This document shows positions 31,794 through 41,323 of a stretch of DNA of 64,000 bases, in pieces; position 1 is the stretch's first letter; every line of letters starts with the position of its first letter. Source of the stretch: Candidatus Helarchaeota archaeon (GTDB lineage Archaea > Asgardarchaeota > Lokiarchaeia > Helarchaeales > RDOG01); assembly GCA_019058315.1 (NCBI GenBank), contig JAHPZH010000002.1:1037910-1101909 (forward strand), in the 5' to 3' direction. A program made the position numbers and the translations under genes. The notes under the pieces were generated by a model. The model worked only from the letters and a program-made list of their open reading frames with translations, had not been told where the DNA came from and ran no database searches.

Positions 31794-32537
31794 ATGGAGC
31801 GGAGTGAAGTTATAAAACTTATAAAAATGATGATAGAGGAGACAAATTCCGCTATTAAAGATAAACAATTTTTGTTAGTTTATGAAAATTACACTAAAAT
31901 TGCTGAACTTTGTAAACAAATTGGGGATGAGAAAAACGCTAATAGTTATGCTGAGGCTGCAAATAAATTTAAACAACGGGCAGATATAGTAGAACATGAA
32001 AAAGAATTACGCGACGCAATAAATAAAGCTCTTGCATTAGCAAAAATAGCTAATGAAAATAAAGAATATTCTAGAGTCAGTGACATTTATTATAGTATCG
32101 CTTCAAAGTTATATGATCTTAAAGATGAAGAAACTGCAAAAAAATTTAGTGAAGCAGCTCGAAAATTTCGAGAAAAGGCAGCTTTGGAGGAAGTACCAAC
32201 AGAAGTTAAACCTTCCGTACCCGCAGAAATACACGAATCAACTGATGTAGCACCAATTGATACATTCGCCTCGGCTTTGAAAATTGGAGTTGAAGCTCAA
32301 AAAATCGAAGCTCCCCCTGTTAACGATAAAGTTCCATTTATTGAACCACCTACTAAAAAAGAACCAATAAAAATTCCACCAGCTAGTGCATTAGGGGAAA
32401 TGGATATAAATTTGGATAAATTAGATCAATTTCTGCTGGATTTAGGGCTTAAATGTCCAAATTGTGGTAAAGAATTAACTGAAGAAGAATCAGCAACTCT
32501 CACAAAATGTCCAAATTGTGGCCAAGATTTGGCTTAA
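31794..32537 (+). CDS. Tandem helical (TPR/MIT-like) repeat, Pro-rich linker, C-terminal Zn ribbon
   Basis: Internal duplication (IAELCKQIGDEKNANSYAEAANKFK / IASKLYDLKDEETAKKFSEAARKFR); CPNCG...CPNCG. Confidence 0.75.
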   Translation: MERSEVIKLIKMMIEETNSAIKDKQFLLVYENYTKIAELCKQIGDEKNANSYAEAANKFKQRADIVEHEKELRDAINKALALAKIANENKEYSRVSDIYYSIASKLYDLKDEETAKKFSEAARKFREKAALEEVPTEVKPSVPAEIHESTDVAPIDTFASALKIGVEAQKIEAPPVNDKVPFIEPPTKKEPIKIPPASALGEMDINLDKLDQFLLDLGLKCPNCGKELTEEESATLTKCPNCGQDLA

Positions 32538-32551
32538 CATTATTATGTGAA

Positions 32552-32887
32552 TTAATTCTCTGAAAAAAACTTTTTATTAAGGGATTTAATAGTTCCAGAT
32601 ATACCAATAATATAAATTACTACTTCAGGTTGCTTTTTTCTTTCAAAGCTTATTATAGTGGCCAATGCAGTTCTTAATTTATCGAGTTCCTTCAAACTAC
32701 ATCTTAGAATACCTTTTTTGCTTTTAGGATCATAATTCATAAGCCAAAGTCCCATTTTACTAGTTCCGTGTTCGCCATATAATGTATACAATTGATACCA
32801 TATAGTATTTAATAACTGCTCTTCTGTAATTTCATTACTTTCTGATATAATTTCAAATGCAATATAACGATGCTTTTCTGCCTTCAA
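32552..32887 (-). CDS. rnp2: Ribonuclease P protein component 2 (Pop5/Rpp14)
   Basis: KHRYIAFEI...LYGEHG...GILRC...GISGTIKSL; adjacent to Rpp30. Confidence 0.9.
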   Translation of the reverse strand: MKAEKHRYIAFEIISESNEITEEQLLNTIWYQLYTLYGEHGTSKMGLWLMNYDPKSKKGILRCSLKELDKLRTALATIISFERKKQPEVVIYIIGISGTIKSLNKKFFSEN

Positions 32888-32890
32888 AAA

Positions 32891-33559
32891 TCATAACCCC
32901 CTATTCTTTATTATTTCTAAAGGAATATCTGACACCGCTTTTTTACATATCTCCTTTGGTAAATCTACTAGTCCTAAAATTGCGATTAATTCTCTGGCTG
33001 CTCTAATTTCATAAATTGATCTTGCACCTGAAGTTATGATAAAAGGTGTATTTGCACGAATAATATTATAACTCATTTTTCGTAGTAATCGGATTTGTTT
33101 TGAGCGATTCAAGCCTGAAAATATAATCAAAGGACGAACGAATATTTCAATGGCTTTGGAATTTCGCGTTGCCAGCTTTGCAGCCTCATATGTTAAAAGA
33201 TCAAAATTATTATAATCAAAAAATGTCAAAAAATCAATCCTAGAATCTTGAAGAGCCCAATTAAAAATTGCTTTTTTCCGGACTTTCAATGAAATAAGAT
33301 CAATATTTGGTCTGATATTTCTAAGTTCTTGCTTTATTCCTTTAATCTCTTCCCCAATTATTTCTGTTCCAGTTAAAACTTTAATTTTAGATTGAATATT
33401 GTTCTTAAACTCTTGAATTTTTTTTAAAGGTACATTATTAAAATCAGAAAAACTCACGTAAGAATATCCCAATTTAGAAGCCATATTAATCATATCAATT
33501 GGGGAATCAACACCATTAGAAATATTCGAATTAAGATGTAAGTCTGCATAAATTTTCAT
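32891..33559 (-). CDS. rnp3: Ribonuclease P protein component 3 (Rpp30)
   Basis: YADLHL...RIDFL...AIEI...IITSGARSIYEIRAAREL; conserved context with L15e and Pop5. Confidence 0.9.
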   Translation of the reverse strand: MKIYADLHLNSNISNGVDSPIDMINMASKLGYSYVSFSDFNNVPLKKIQEFKNNIQSKIKVLTGTEIIGEEIKGIKQELRNIRPNIDLISLKVRKKAIFNWALQDSRIDFLTFFDYNNFDLLTYEAAKLATRNSKAIEIFVRPLIIFSGLNRSKQIRLLRKMSYNIIRANTPFIITSGARSIYEIRAARELIAILGLVDLPKEICKKAVSDIPLEIIKNRGL

Positions 33560-33735
33560 TGCTTCACCGAAATATAACTTTCAAGATATTAACATCTGTT
33601 TTTTCTTATATAAGTAAGCTTCATGATAACAAAAAATTATCGTGATAATAAATTCTCAAATTATAGTTACAAACCAAAAAAGAAATAAAATATCTTTATT
33701 AAAGTTTAAACCATTAGATTAGAAATTTTAGACAT

Positions 33736-33981
33736 TTACAATGAATTTGTTTTTACAAGAATCTTATATTCATTTGAAAGATCTTTTATTTCTAGAACTT
33801 GGTGCCCCTCTTTTTGTAAAAATTTTTGTATATTTTCTTTTGCGGGTTGGAAATCTCCGATAATCTCAAGTATTTTTCCCGATCCAATTTCTCTTATTTT
33901 CTTTCGAGTTAATAAAACTGGCATCGGACAAGTTTTACCTCTAACGTCGAGATTTTCTTCTGGTTGTATAAAATCACCCAA
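33736..33981 (-). CDS. tusA: TusA/SirA-family sulfur carrier
   Basis: LDVRGKTCPMP motif. Confidence 0.88.
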   Translation of the reverse strand: MGDFIQPEENLDVRGKTCPMPVLLTRKKIREIGSGKILEIIGDFQPAKENIQKFLQKEGHQVLEIKDLSNEYKILVKTNSL

Positions 33982-34179
33982 ATTTTAAATGATTTTAGAT
34001 ATTTTGTCAATAAAATAATGGCATTAAATTTTATAAGAATAACCATTAGTTTTTCTAATATAGATTGAATTGAATAATATAAATTGAAATAGAATCATAG
34101 ATAGAGCGATGAATACAACTAAAATTAGAAATAATTACTTAAGTTTTTACTGTTCTCGTTTAAGAGATCATAAAATGAG

Positions 34180-34767
34180 CTATTTGCCCCGAGTACCCCA
34201 ACTTCTAATTGAAGGTCTAAGCTTTTCTGCACCTAATCCCTTATTCCGTAACCCTCTCGATTTTTTACCAGCTGAAGTTAATCCTCGATGGACTCGTCCA
34301 GTGTGTTGAGGATCACCTATCCAATTAATTTTTGGGTCAACAACAATACTGGGAACAATTGGATCTACTAGTATTACTTCGAAAAATTTCCACTTTCCCT
34401 CTTCGCCTACCCAATAACTATTTAGAACCTCTAAATTTGGAAATTTTCTTGCCACGCGTTCTTCTGCAATCCACCGTAATGATTTTTTTGGGGTATATTT
34501 TTTAAAACCCATTTTTTTCGGTCGTCGCCCCATTTTCGGTCTAGTTTTTCTTCTACCACCTCTGCGAACTCTTGTTCGCACCAAAATATATCCAGGCTTT
34601 GCTTTATATCCTAAAGCTCTCGCTCGATCTAATCTGGTAGGGCGTGGTATTCTCAATACAACTGGTTGTTTTCTCCAAAGAATATAACGAGCTCTTTGTA
34701 GTTCTAAAACACCACTTTTTTTCTTATTCTTCCAAGCCTCGCTAATATAATGATACATTGATTTCAT
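34180..34767 (-). CDS. rpl15e: 50S ribosomal protein L15e
   Basis: [15 protein letters not shown]...[21 protein letters not shown]...[13 protein letters not shown]. Confidence 0.98.
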   Translation of the reverse strand: MKSMYHYISEAWKNKKKSGVLELQRARYILWRKQPVVLRIPRPTRLDRARALGYKAKPGYILVRTRVRRGGRRKTRPKMGRRPKKMGFKKYTPKKSLRWIAEERVARKFPNLEVLNSYWVGEEGKWKFFEVILVDPIVPSIVVDPKINWIGDPQHTGRVHRGLTSAGKKSRGLRNKGLGAEKLRPSIRSWGTRGK

Positions 34768-34826
34768 GATGTAACCTTCTATTTTGATAAAAAGAATTAC
34801 TTTATATTTTTTATCTTTTTTACTGA

Positions 34827-35756
34827 CTAAATTTTCTCCTTTAATATCTTAATGATTTTTTCAGCCAAGATAGTACTGACCGCCTCATTAGCTTCTATAG
34901 TTTGAGCTCCTATATGTGGTGTAGCAATAACATTAGGTAATTTAATTAATTTAGGATCAGGATTGGGTTCATTAAGGAAGACATCTAAAGCAGCTCCTGC
35001 AATTTTTCCATTTTTAAGAGCTTCATAAAGCGCAACTTCATCGACTATATCCCCACGTGCCGTATTTATAAGAAATGCTTTGGGTTTCATTAAATTAAAA
35101 AATTCTTTATTTATCATCTTTCTAGTATGATCGTTAAGGGGACAACATATTGCAATAATATCAGAATTTCTAGCTATTTCCTCAAGGGGAACACAAGAAC
35201 ATCCGAGCTCTTCTGCTTCCTCAACCGCCGATTCTACAACATCACATCCTAAGACTTCCATCTCAAATGCGAGGGCTCTTTTAGCTAATTCAATCCCGAC
35301 ATTACCGCAACCAATTACACCGATAGTCTTTCCTCGTAATTCAAATCCTTTGATTTGCTTTTTTATCCATTTATTATCTTTTAAACCTTGATTACCCGCT
35401 GGAATTGACCTTAATAAAGATAAAATAAGCCCTAAAATTAACTCAGCTACTGAAACTGAAGAGCCTTTTGGTGAACGAATAACTTCTATATTATATTTCT
35501 CAGCAGTTTTTAAATCAATATTATCTAAGCCAACTCCTGCACGACCAATGACTTTTAATCGGTTCTTTCCCGCTTCAATTATTTCTTTAGTTACTTTTGT
35601 TCGTGAACGGACAATTAATGCATCATAATTTTCAATAGTTTTAATTATTTTCTCTTGAGTCATTTTTGGCTCTTGAACTAACTCAAATCCTTCAGTTTTT
35701 AGTATTTCAACTGCTTTTGGATGGATTGGGTCTGTTATGAGTATCTTATGTACTAT
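34827..35756 (-). CDS. serA: D-3-phosphoglycerate/D-2-hydroxyacid dehydrogenase (no ACT domain); extended to an ATA start
   Basis: [39 protein letters not shown]. Upstream in-frame segment (I)[23 protein letters not shown] matches the family N-terminus. Confidence 0.85.
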   Translation of the reverse strand: MVHKILITDPIHPKAVEILKTEGFELVQEPKMTQEKIIKTIENYDALIVRSRTKVTKEIIEAGKNRLKVIGRAGVGLDNIDLKTAEKYNIEVIRSPKGSSVSVAELILGLILSLLRSIPAGNQGLKDNKWIKKQIKGFELRGKTIGVIGCGNVGIELAKRALAFEMEVLGCDVVESAVEEAEELGCSCVPLEEIARNSDIIAICCPLNDHTRKMINKEFFNLMKPKAFLINTARGDIVDEVALYEALKNGKIAGAALDVFLNEPNPDPKLIKLPNVIATPHIGAQTIEANEAVSTILAEKIIKILKEKI

Positions 35757-35872
35757 TTTCTAAACCACCTAGTTACTTCACTTAAATTATAATAAAGGAT
35801 AAAATTATTAATCTAAATGAAAATGTTTTTTTAAATCTTAATAATCGATTCAATATTTGATTATAAAAGAAT

Positions 35873-36274
35873 TTGGTGGAAAAATTGAGTAACATTCCAG
35901 ATGATTTAAAATATATTGAACAACATCAATGGGCAAAGGCTGAAGGTGATAATGTTAGAATTGGGATAACCGATTACGCCCAAGCCGAGCTTAAAGAAAT
36001 AGTTCTTGTAGATTTCATGGTTGGCGTAGGTGATACTGTTGCTAAACAAGCTGATCCATTTGGTTCTATAGAAAGTACAAAGGCGGTTTCAGATGTTTTC
36101 TCTCCTGTATCTGGCGAAGTAGTAGAAATTAATTCTGCAGTTGAGGAAGAACCCGAAATTTTAAACCAAGATCCTTATGGCAAAGGTTGGTTAATTCTAG
36201 TAAAAGCATCGAACAAATCTGAACTGGATTCTCTTTGGTCTGCTGCACAATACAAAGATTTCATTTCTAAATAA
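35873..36274 (+). CDS. gcvH: Glycine cleavage system H protein
   Basis: GITDYAQ...IESTKAVSDVFSPVSGEV...NQDPYGKGW, with the lipoyl-Lys. Confidence 0.96.
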   Translation: MVEKLSNIPDDLKYIEQHQWAKAEGDNVRIGITDYAQAELKEIVLVDFMVGVGDTVAKQADPFGSIESTKAVSDVFSPVSGEVVEINSAVEEEPEILNQDPYGKGWLILVKASNKSELDSLWSAAQYKDFISK

Positions 36275-36442
36275 TTAGAAATCGTTTTTTCTTTATTTTT
36301 TTCTTATTTTATTTTTAAATTATGGGTAAGATCGCTATGCTAATGTCAATATAGTAGCTATCTTTAAAAAATTTAAAAAAAAGAAGAGATTTTAGAGATT
36401 ATACACCTATTTGAAAAATATCTGTTTATTTTCTTTGCTTAA

Positions 36443-37639
36443 TCATACAATTACCTTTGTTGCTAATATAATCAATAGCGCTATTGCAAACGAGGCAATT
36501 ATATAAATGTATGGGTAGTTGTCTTTTTTAATGATCCAGAATTCACCGTTTTGTTCTTCATAACCTTGAATAGTAAAGAACAATAGTAGCGGAATAGAGT
36601 ATATAATGCATTTTAGATTATAATCTAGGTTTGATGTGCCAATACAAAGAATTTGCAATATGATTAACCAAAAAAGCGAGATCTTATTTAATTTATTTTT
36701 ATCATAATTCAAGATCCCTTGAAATGCGAATGGTAGAAATAGTACTACGGCTGCGCCCAAGGCCAAAATATAAAAGATAAACGACGAAACACTAAAAGAC
36801 TTAAAAATTACGATACTACTGTAATTTATTAATCCTGCTATTGGATGTCCAATGACTATTCCATAAATAAGTAATGCAATCGCTGGACCTGCTGCAAAAA
36901 TTACCAAATAGAGCAATTCTTTGATTAATTTATCTCTAGAGTCTGAATATAGTAGTAATAGTAGTACTCCAAATGCATATGTTATTGGAATGATGAGCCC
37001 TAAATTGAAAGTAATGACCAATAGACCTGCTAGAATTAAGTAAATATTAATTGTACTCTTTGGTTCCTCAACTGGATCAAGTATATAATTTACACTGTGT
37101 GTCGAATTAATTTGTTTTAAGAATAGAAAGAGAATCAAAGGAATTAATGTGTAATATAAATTTGCTACATTTATATGGCTTGCAAAATAGATACCTACTA
37201 AGTTAAAAGTATATAAAATGGTCGAAACTGTTATCAACTCTTCATTTCGAGTTAGTTCTTTGATAAATAGATTGAAAGTAAATATTCCGAGAGAAGATAT
37301 GATTGCCAAAAAGATACGAGCACCATAAATTCCTCCCAATGCGAAGAAAGGCGAAATTATACTAGGGAAAAGAAATGCATTCCACGGATTTGAGATAGGT
37401 AAGTCGATATATCCAAAAGCCAGGTGAATTAATAGCAATGTATTGTCTCCATTAACCACAAGATGAATCAAAGATAAGTTAAAAGGAACTGAAAATCTTG
37501 TCTGCCCAATAAGCTGTAAATATGTACCTAATTCTTCAGTAAATATGTTTTGCTCAAAAAAACATAAGACGATCCGTACACCAATAGCAATTAGCCAAAT
37601 AAACCAGATTTTTTTCTCCATAAAGAAATCAACGCTCAA
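36443..37639 (-). CDS. Polytopic membrane protein, probable GT-C glycosyltransferase
   Basis: ~10-11 TM; N-terminal AIGVRI...FTEE loop; LYTFNLVGIYFAS segment. Confidence 0.55.
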   Translation of the reverse strand: MSVDFFMEKKIWFIWLIAIGVRIVLCFFEQNIFTEELGTYLQLIGQTRFSVPFNLSLIHLVVNGDNTLLLIHLAFGYIDLPISNPWNAFLFPSIISPFFALGGIYGARIFLAIISSLGIFTFNLFIKELTRNEELITVSTILYTFNLVGIYFASHINVANLYYTLIPLILFLFLKQINSTHSVNYILDPVEEPKSTINIYLILAGLLVITFNLGLIIPITYAFGVLLLLLYSDSRDKLIKELLYLVIFAAGPAIALLIYGIVIGHPIAGLINYSSIVIFKSFSVSSFIFYILALGAAVVLFLPFAFQGILNYDKNKLNKISLFWLIILQILCIGTSNLDYNLKCIIYSIPLLLFFTIQGYEEQNGEFWIIKKDNYPYIYIIASFAIALLIILATKVIV

Positions 37640-37738
37640 GATCTACACCATTTAGCTCTTTTTTATTTTTTATTTTCTAATTTAAAAGTTTATATTTTTT
37701 TAATATAAATGATTAACTTAGTTTTTTAAAAGTATAGG

Positions 37739-38500
37739 ATGAAAAACAAATATATTTATGTGAATATTTTGGGAATTAATAACGATTTGAGCGAATATGA
37801 AGAAGATTTTTCGAAAAATATTATATTTAAAGTTAGCTTTATTTGTGTAATAGTTCTAATTATATATAATATTTTAAATTTAATATTTTATTATAGTTCT
37901 GTTGGTACAGGATTTAATTTTTTATCAATTTTAACAAATTCTAGTCTTGGAATTATCATAGGTCTTACTATATATAATTCTGCTATAAATTTTAACATAA
38001 AATCTGGTGAATATGCTGGAATTTCAAAAATTGTATTCGATTTTACGAGAATATCCATTTATCTTTATTATAATAACTATCTTGGTGAATTATATAATTC
38101 CTTAAATATATTCATTTTATTTCCAGGGTTTGATGAAGTAATTAAACTGGTTATTTTTTTTCAAGTTATGAGCTCAATAAGACCTCTCTGGATTGAAATA
38201 TTGGATTTTGTTAACCTAGGATTGAATTTATTCAGTATTTTACTAATTTCTTATTATTTTCATAATTTAGGAAAAGAAAGAAACAATAATTATTTTAAAA
38301 TGACTTCTATAGCTTACATATTTTCATTTATTCTGTTAATTATTTTCTCTCTAATTCCTGTTGCCATTTTTTATTTATCTTCAATACTTATAGAAAATAT
38401 TTTCTTGGCAATTTCATTCAATGTATTCTTAACTACAAAAATCAAAATTGTTGAACAATTAGATAAGAATTATAAACCAATTCATACCGAATATAAATAA
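37739..38500 (+). CDS. Hypothetical membrane protein
   Basis: 253 aa, ~6-7 hydrophobic segments. Confidence 0.6.
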   Translation: MKNKYIYVNILGINNDLSEYEEDFSKNIIFKVSFICVIVLIIYNILNLIFYYSSVGTGFNFLSILTNSSLGIIIGLTIYNSAINFNIKSGEYAGISKIVFDFTRISIYLYYNNYLGELYNSLNIFILFPGFDEVIKLVIFFQVMSSIRPLWIEILDFVNLGLNLFSILLISYYFHNLGKERNNNYFKMTSIAYIFSFILLIIFSLIPVAIFYLSSILIENIFLAISFNVFLTTKIKIVEQLDKNYKPIHTEYK

Positions 38501-38512
38501 TGGTGGATTATT

Positions 38513-39715
38513 ATGTTAATCGGAATTGTAGGAAAACCTAATTGTGGAAAAACGACGTTTTTAAATGCTGCATGTCTTACCACAGCAAAAGTGGCTGATT
38601 ATCCATTTACCACAATTGAACCGAACCTAGGAACTGCTTATGTTAGAAGCCAATGTGTTTGTAAAGAATTAAAAGTCCAAGATAAACCAAAGAATTCAAT
38701 TTGTATAAATGGAGTACGTTTAATCCCAATTGAACTTTTAGATGTTGCTGGTCTAGTCCCTGGAGCATGGGAAGGAAAAGGATTAGGAAATAAATTTCTT
38801 GATGATTTAAGAAGAGCTGATGCTTTAATTCACGTTGTTGATGCTTCAGGATCAACTGATGATAAAGGGAATTTAACTGAACCAGGATCTTGGGATCCAA
38901 TAGAAGATATTAAATTTCTTGAGTATGAAATAGCAATGTGGATTTCTAATATATTAAAACGCGATTGGCATAAATTTACGAGAAAAATTGAAGTAGAACG
39001 TCTCGATTTTGTAGATAAGATGGCACAACGACTATCTGGTTTGGCAATTAATAAATCCCACATAAATGAAGCATTAAAAACATCTAAATTAGTCGGCACA
39101 AAACCTGTCAAATGGAGTGATGAAGAAATTTTCAATTTCGCTGTTGCACTTCGAAAAATTGCTAAACCAATGATAATAATTGCTAATAAAGCGGATATGA
39201 AAACAGCGGATGAAAATATTAAAAGAATTAAAGAATTTACCAAAGATATTGTTGTTCCAGCATGTGTATTAGGAGAATTTTTTCTAAGAAAATTTGCCGA
39301 AGATGGAAGAATTAATTATATTCCTGGAGATTCATCATTTGAAATTATAAAATCAGAAAGCTTTTCAGATAATGAATTAAAAACCCTAAATAGTTTACAA
39401 GAATTAATAGACAAATTGGGTTCTACAGGAGTTCAATTAGCTTTAGATACTGCAGTTTTCAAATTATTAGATATGATTGTAGCATATCCAGTTCATGAAG
39501 TCTCAAACTTTTCCGATGCAGATGGAAATGTTCTGCCAGATGCTTTTTTAATTCCTAAAGGAACTCCAATTAAAGAATTCGCTTCAAAAGTCCATACAGA
39601 ATTAGCTGAAACGTTTATTCATGGAATTGATGCTAAAACAAAAAAGAGATTGGGTGATAATTATATAATACAAGATTGTGATGTAGTAAAATTCGTTTCA
39701 GCAAAAGGTCATTAA
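38513..39715 (+). CDS. ychF: Archaeal YchF/Obg-family translation-associated NTPase
   Basis: GKPNCGKTT, YPFTTIEPN, DVAGLVPGA, NKAD, C-terminal TGS domain. Confidence 0.95.
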   Translation: MLIGIVGKPNCGKTTFLNAACLTTAKVADYPFTTIEPNLGTAYVRSQCVCKELKVQDKPKNSICINGVRLIPIELLDVAGLVPGAWEGKGLGNKFLDDLRRADALIHVVDASGSTDDKGNLTEPGSWDPIEDIKFLEYEIAMWISNILKRDWHKFTRKIEVERLDFVDKMAQRLSGLAINKSHINEALKTSKLVGTKPVKWSDEEIFNFAVALRKIAKPMIIIANKADMKTADENIKRIKEFTKDIVVPACVLGEFFLRKFAEDGRINYIPGDSSFEIIKSESFSDNELKTLNSLQELIDKLGSTGVQLALDTAVFKLLDMIVAYPVHEVSNFSDADGNVLPDAFLIPKGTPIKEFASKVHTELAETFIHGIDAKTKKRLGDNYIIQDCDVVKFVSAKGH

Positions 39716-40152
39716 GAATCTTCATTATTGTATAAGTATTTTTTCAAATAATACCCAGGTTTTTTTTGAGATCCAAAGGATCTTAATCCCTCTGTTTCCA
39801 ATTGAATTTTTAATTTTTCAGCATATTCTTCCGTAATTTCGCCTTTTTTTAACATATAATCAATTATCTCGATTGCTTGTTCATCAAATTGACATCTACG
39901 AATAAAAGCTATTATATCAGGATTTTTTAACTCATCCAAATCTTCTTTATCTTTAGTTTTTTTTATATTCCAACGAATACCCTTCATTGATATCTTTGAT
40001 TCACTCAGTTCCATCTCTTTTGCCAAATTGGGAAATACATCTTCAAAATCCTTATCTGAATCCATATATTCTTTTGTCAATTCTTTAATTTTTTTATTTT
40101 TTTCTCGAATTGAGTCTTTCTTAGCAGAAGTAGAATTGGATTCGTCAGTCAA
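39712..40152 (-). CDS. DUF2095 family protein
   Basis: FPNLAKE...PDIIAFIRRC...AIEIIDYMLKKGEITEEYA...GLRSFGSQKKPGYY. Confidence 0.85.
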   Translation of the reverse strand: MTDESNSTSAKKDSIREKNKKIKELTKEYMDSDKDFEDVFPNLAKEMELSESKISMKGIRWNIKKTKDKEDLDELKNPDIIAFIRRCQFDEQAIEIIDYMLKKGEITEEYAEKLKIQLETEGLRSFGSQKKPGYYLKKYLYNNEDS

Positions 40153-40229
40153 TAAAAATATCCTTCCTAAATATAATTAAAAATAGTTAAAATTAAAACC
40201 TATTTATCAAATATTTAAAAACTAAATTT

Positions 40230-40424
40230 CTATTTAAGCTCAAAGGCGATTTTAGAAATCTCATTTGTGCATTCTTTAACAAGATATATGGCAGTATTAA
40301 ATAATTCTTTTAAATTAGGGTCTACAGAATTCTGTAATTGCTCTATATTATTTTTTATAGCCACCATATCCTTTGTTAAATCTACTAGATGCTTGATAAC
40401 CTTATTATTGTCCACTGCTATCAC
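40230..40424 (-). CDS. Small helical hypothetical protein
   Basis: 64-aa amphipathic ORF co-oriented with DUF2095; no motif. Confidence 0.45.
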   Translation of the reverse strand: MIAVDNNKVIKHLVDLTKDMVAIKNNIEQLQNSVDPNLKELFNTAIYLVKECTNEISKIAFELK

Positions 40425-40744
40425 TACAAAAATGGTGCAAATTTGAATCTGTTCTAAAATTTAGACTAACGATATTATAACAAAAATAAGCTTTTTCTTT
40501 TTAAAATTTTTGATACATCAATATTTTTACAAGAATCAATTTGATATTAATCTCTTTTTAATTTATTTCTAAACGAAAGGTTCTAGAATGAGTATTTTTT
40601 GAAAATCAGTTAATTCTATAAATTTAGGTTTTTTAAATTACAAAAAAATGAAAAATTTATTATTATTAAGAAATAAAAAATGGATTAATTAAGTTTAAAA
40701 AATGAAGTAATTATATTTTAAAAACTAAATCGAGTTGACAAACT

Positions 40745-41323
40745 TTGAATGGGGAAGAAATAACCCAACAAATGAAAAGATTGCTCTATTTAATTGCAGA
40801 ATATACTAAATCAGAGGAAAAATATGGTGTTCTAGCTATTAAAGAGTTACCAGTATTGTCGCTCATTTTCAGAGGAATATTAGAGAATATACTTGATTAT
40901 GATTATGCACCACAATCTGTAATGTATATGGACAATAGACGGTTTCTTAATATTAGCAAAGAAGGAGAAGATGATTTGGATGATCTTAGAGATGCAAAGC
41001 TATTGAAAAAGATACGATTAGCAACTCGTCGCCATGTCTTTATTTATGCCTACAATTTGACAGTATCTGGTATAAAATTCTTAGATTCAATCATGAAGGA
41101 AGATAAAAATGCAATAGATCAACTTATTTATTGTAAGTGTGGGGATTTATACAGTGTACAAGTTCAGCCTGAAGGGATATTCATGATATGTAATAAATGT
41201 AACATCAAAATTGATACTGAAATTACAGATATCGAAGACGTAGCTTATAAATGTTCACCAATAAGACTTAGGACACGGTTAACACGGAAATCAAGTAATA
41301 TTCGAGACGGTGAGAAAAAATGA
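40745..41323 (+). CDS. Winged-helix-like protein with C-terminal Cys cluster (CxC...CxxC)
   Basis: DYDYAP...NISKEGEDDLDDLRD...AYNLTVSGIKFL; CKC and CNKC; ATGA overlap with next gene. Confidence 0.75.
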   Translation: MNGEEITQQMKRLLYLIAEYTKSEEKYGVLAIKELPVLSLIFRGILENILDYDYAPQSVMYMDNRRFLNISKEGEDDLDDLRDAKLLKKIRLATRRHVFIYAYNLTVSGIKFLDSIMKEDKNAIDQLIYCKCGDLYSVQVQPEGIFMICNKCNIKIDTEITDIEDVAYKCSPIRLRTRLTRKSSNIRDGEKK

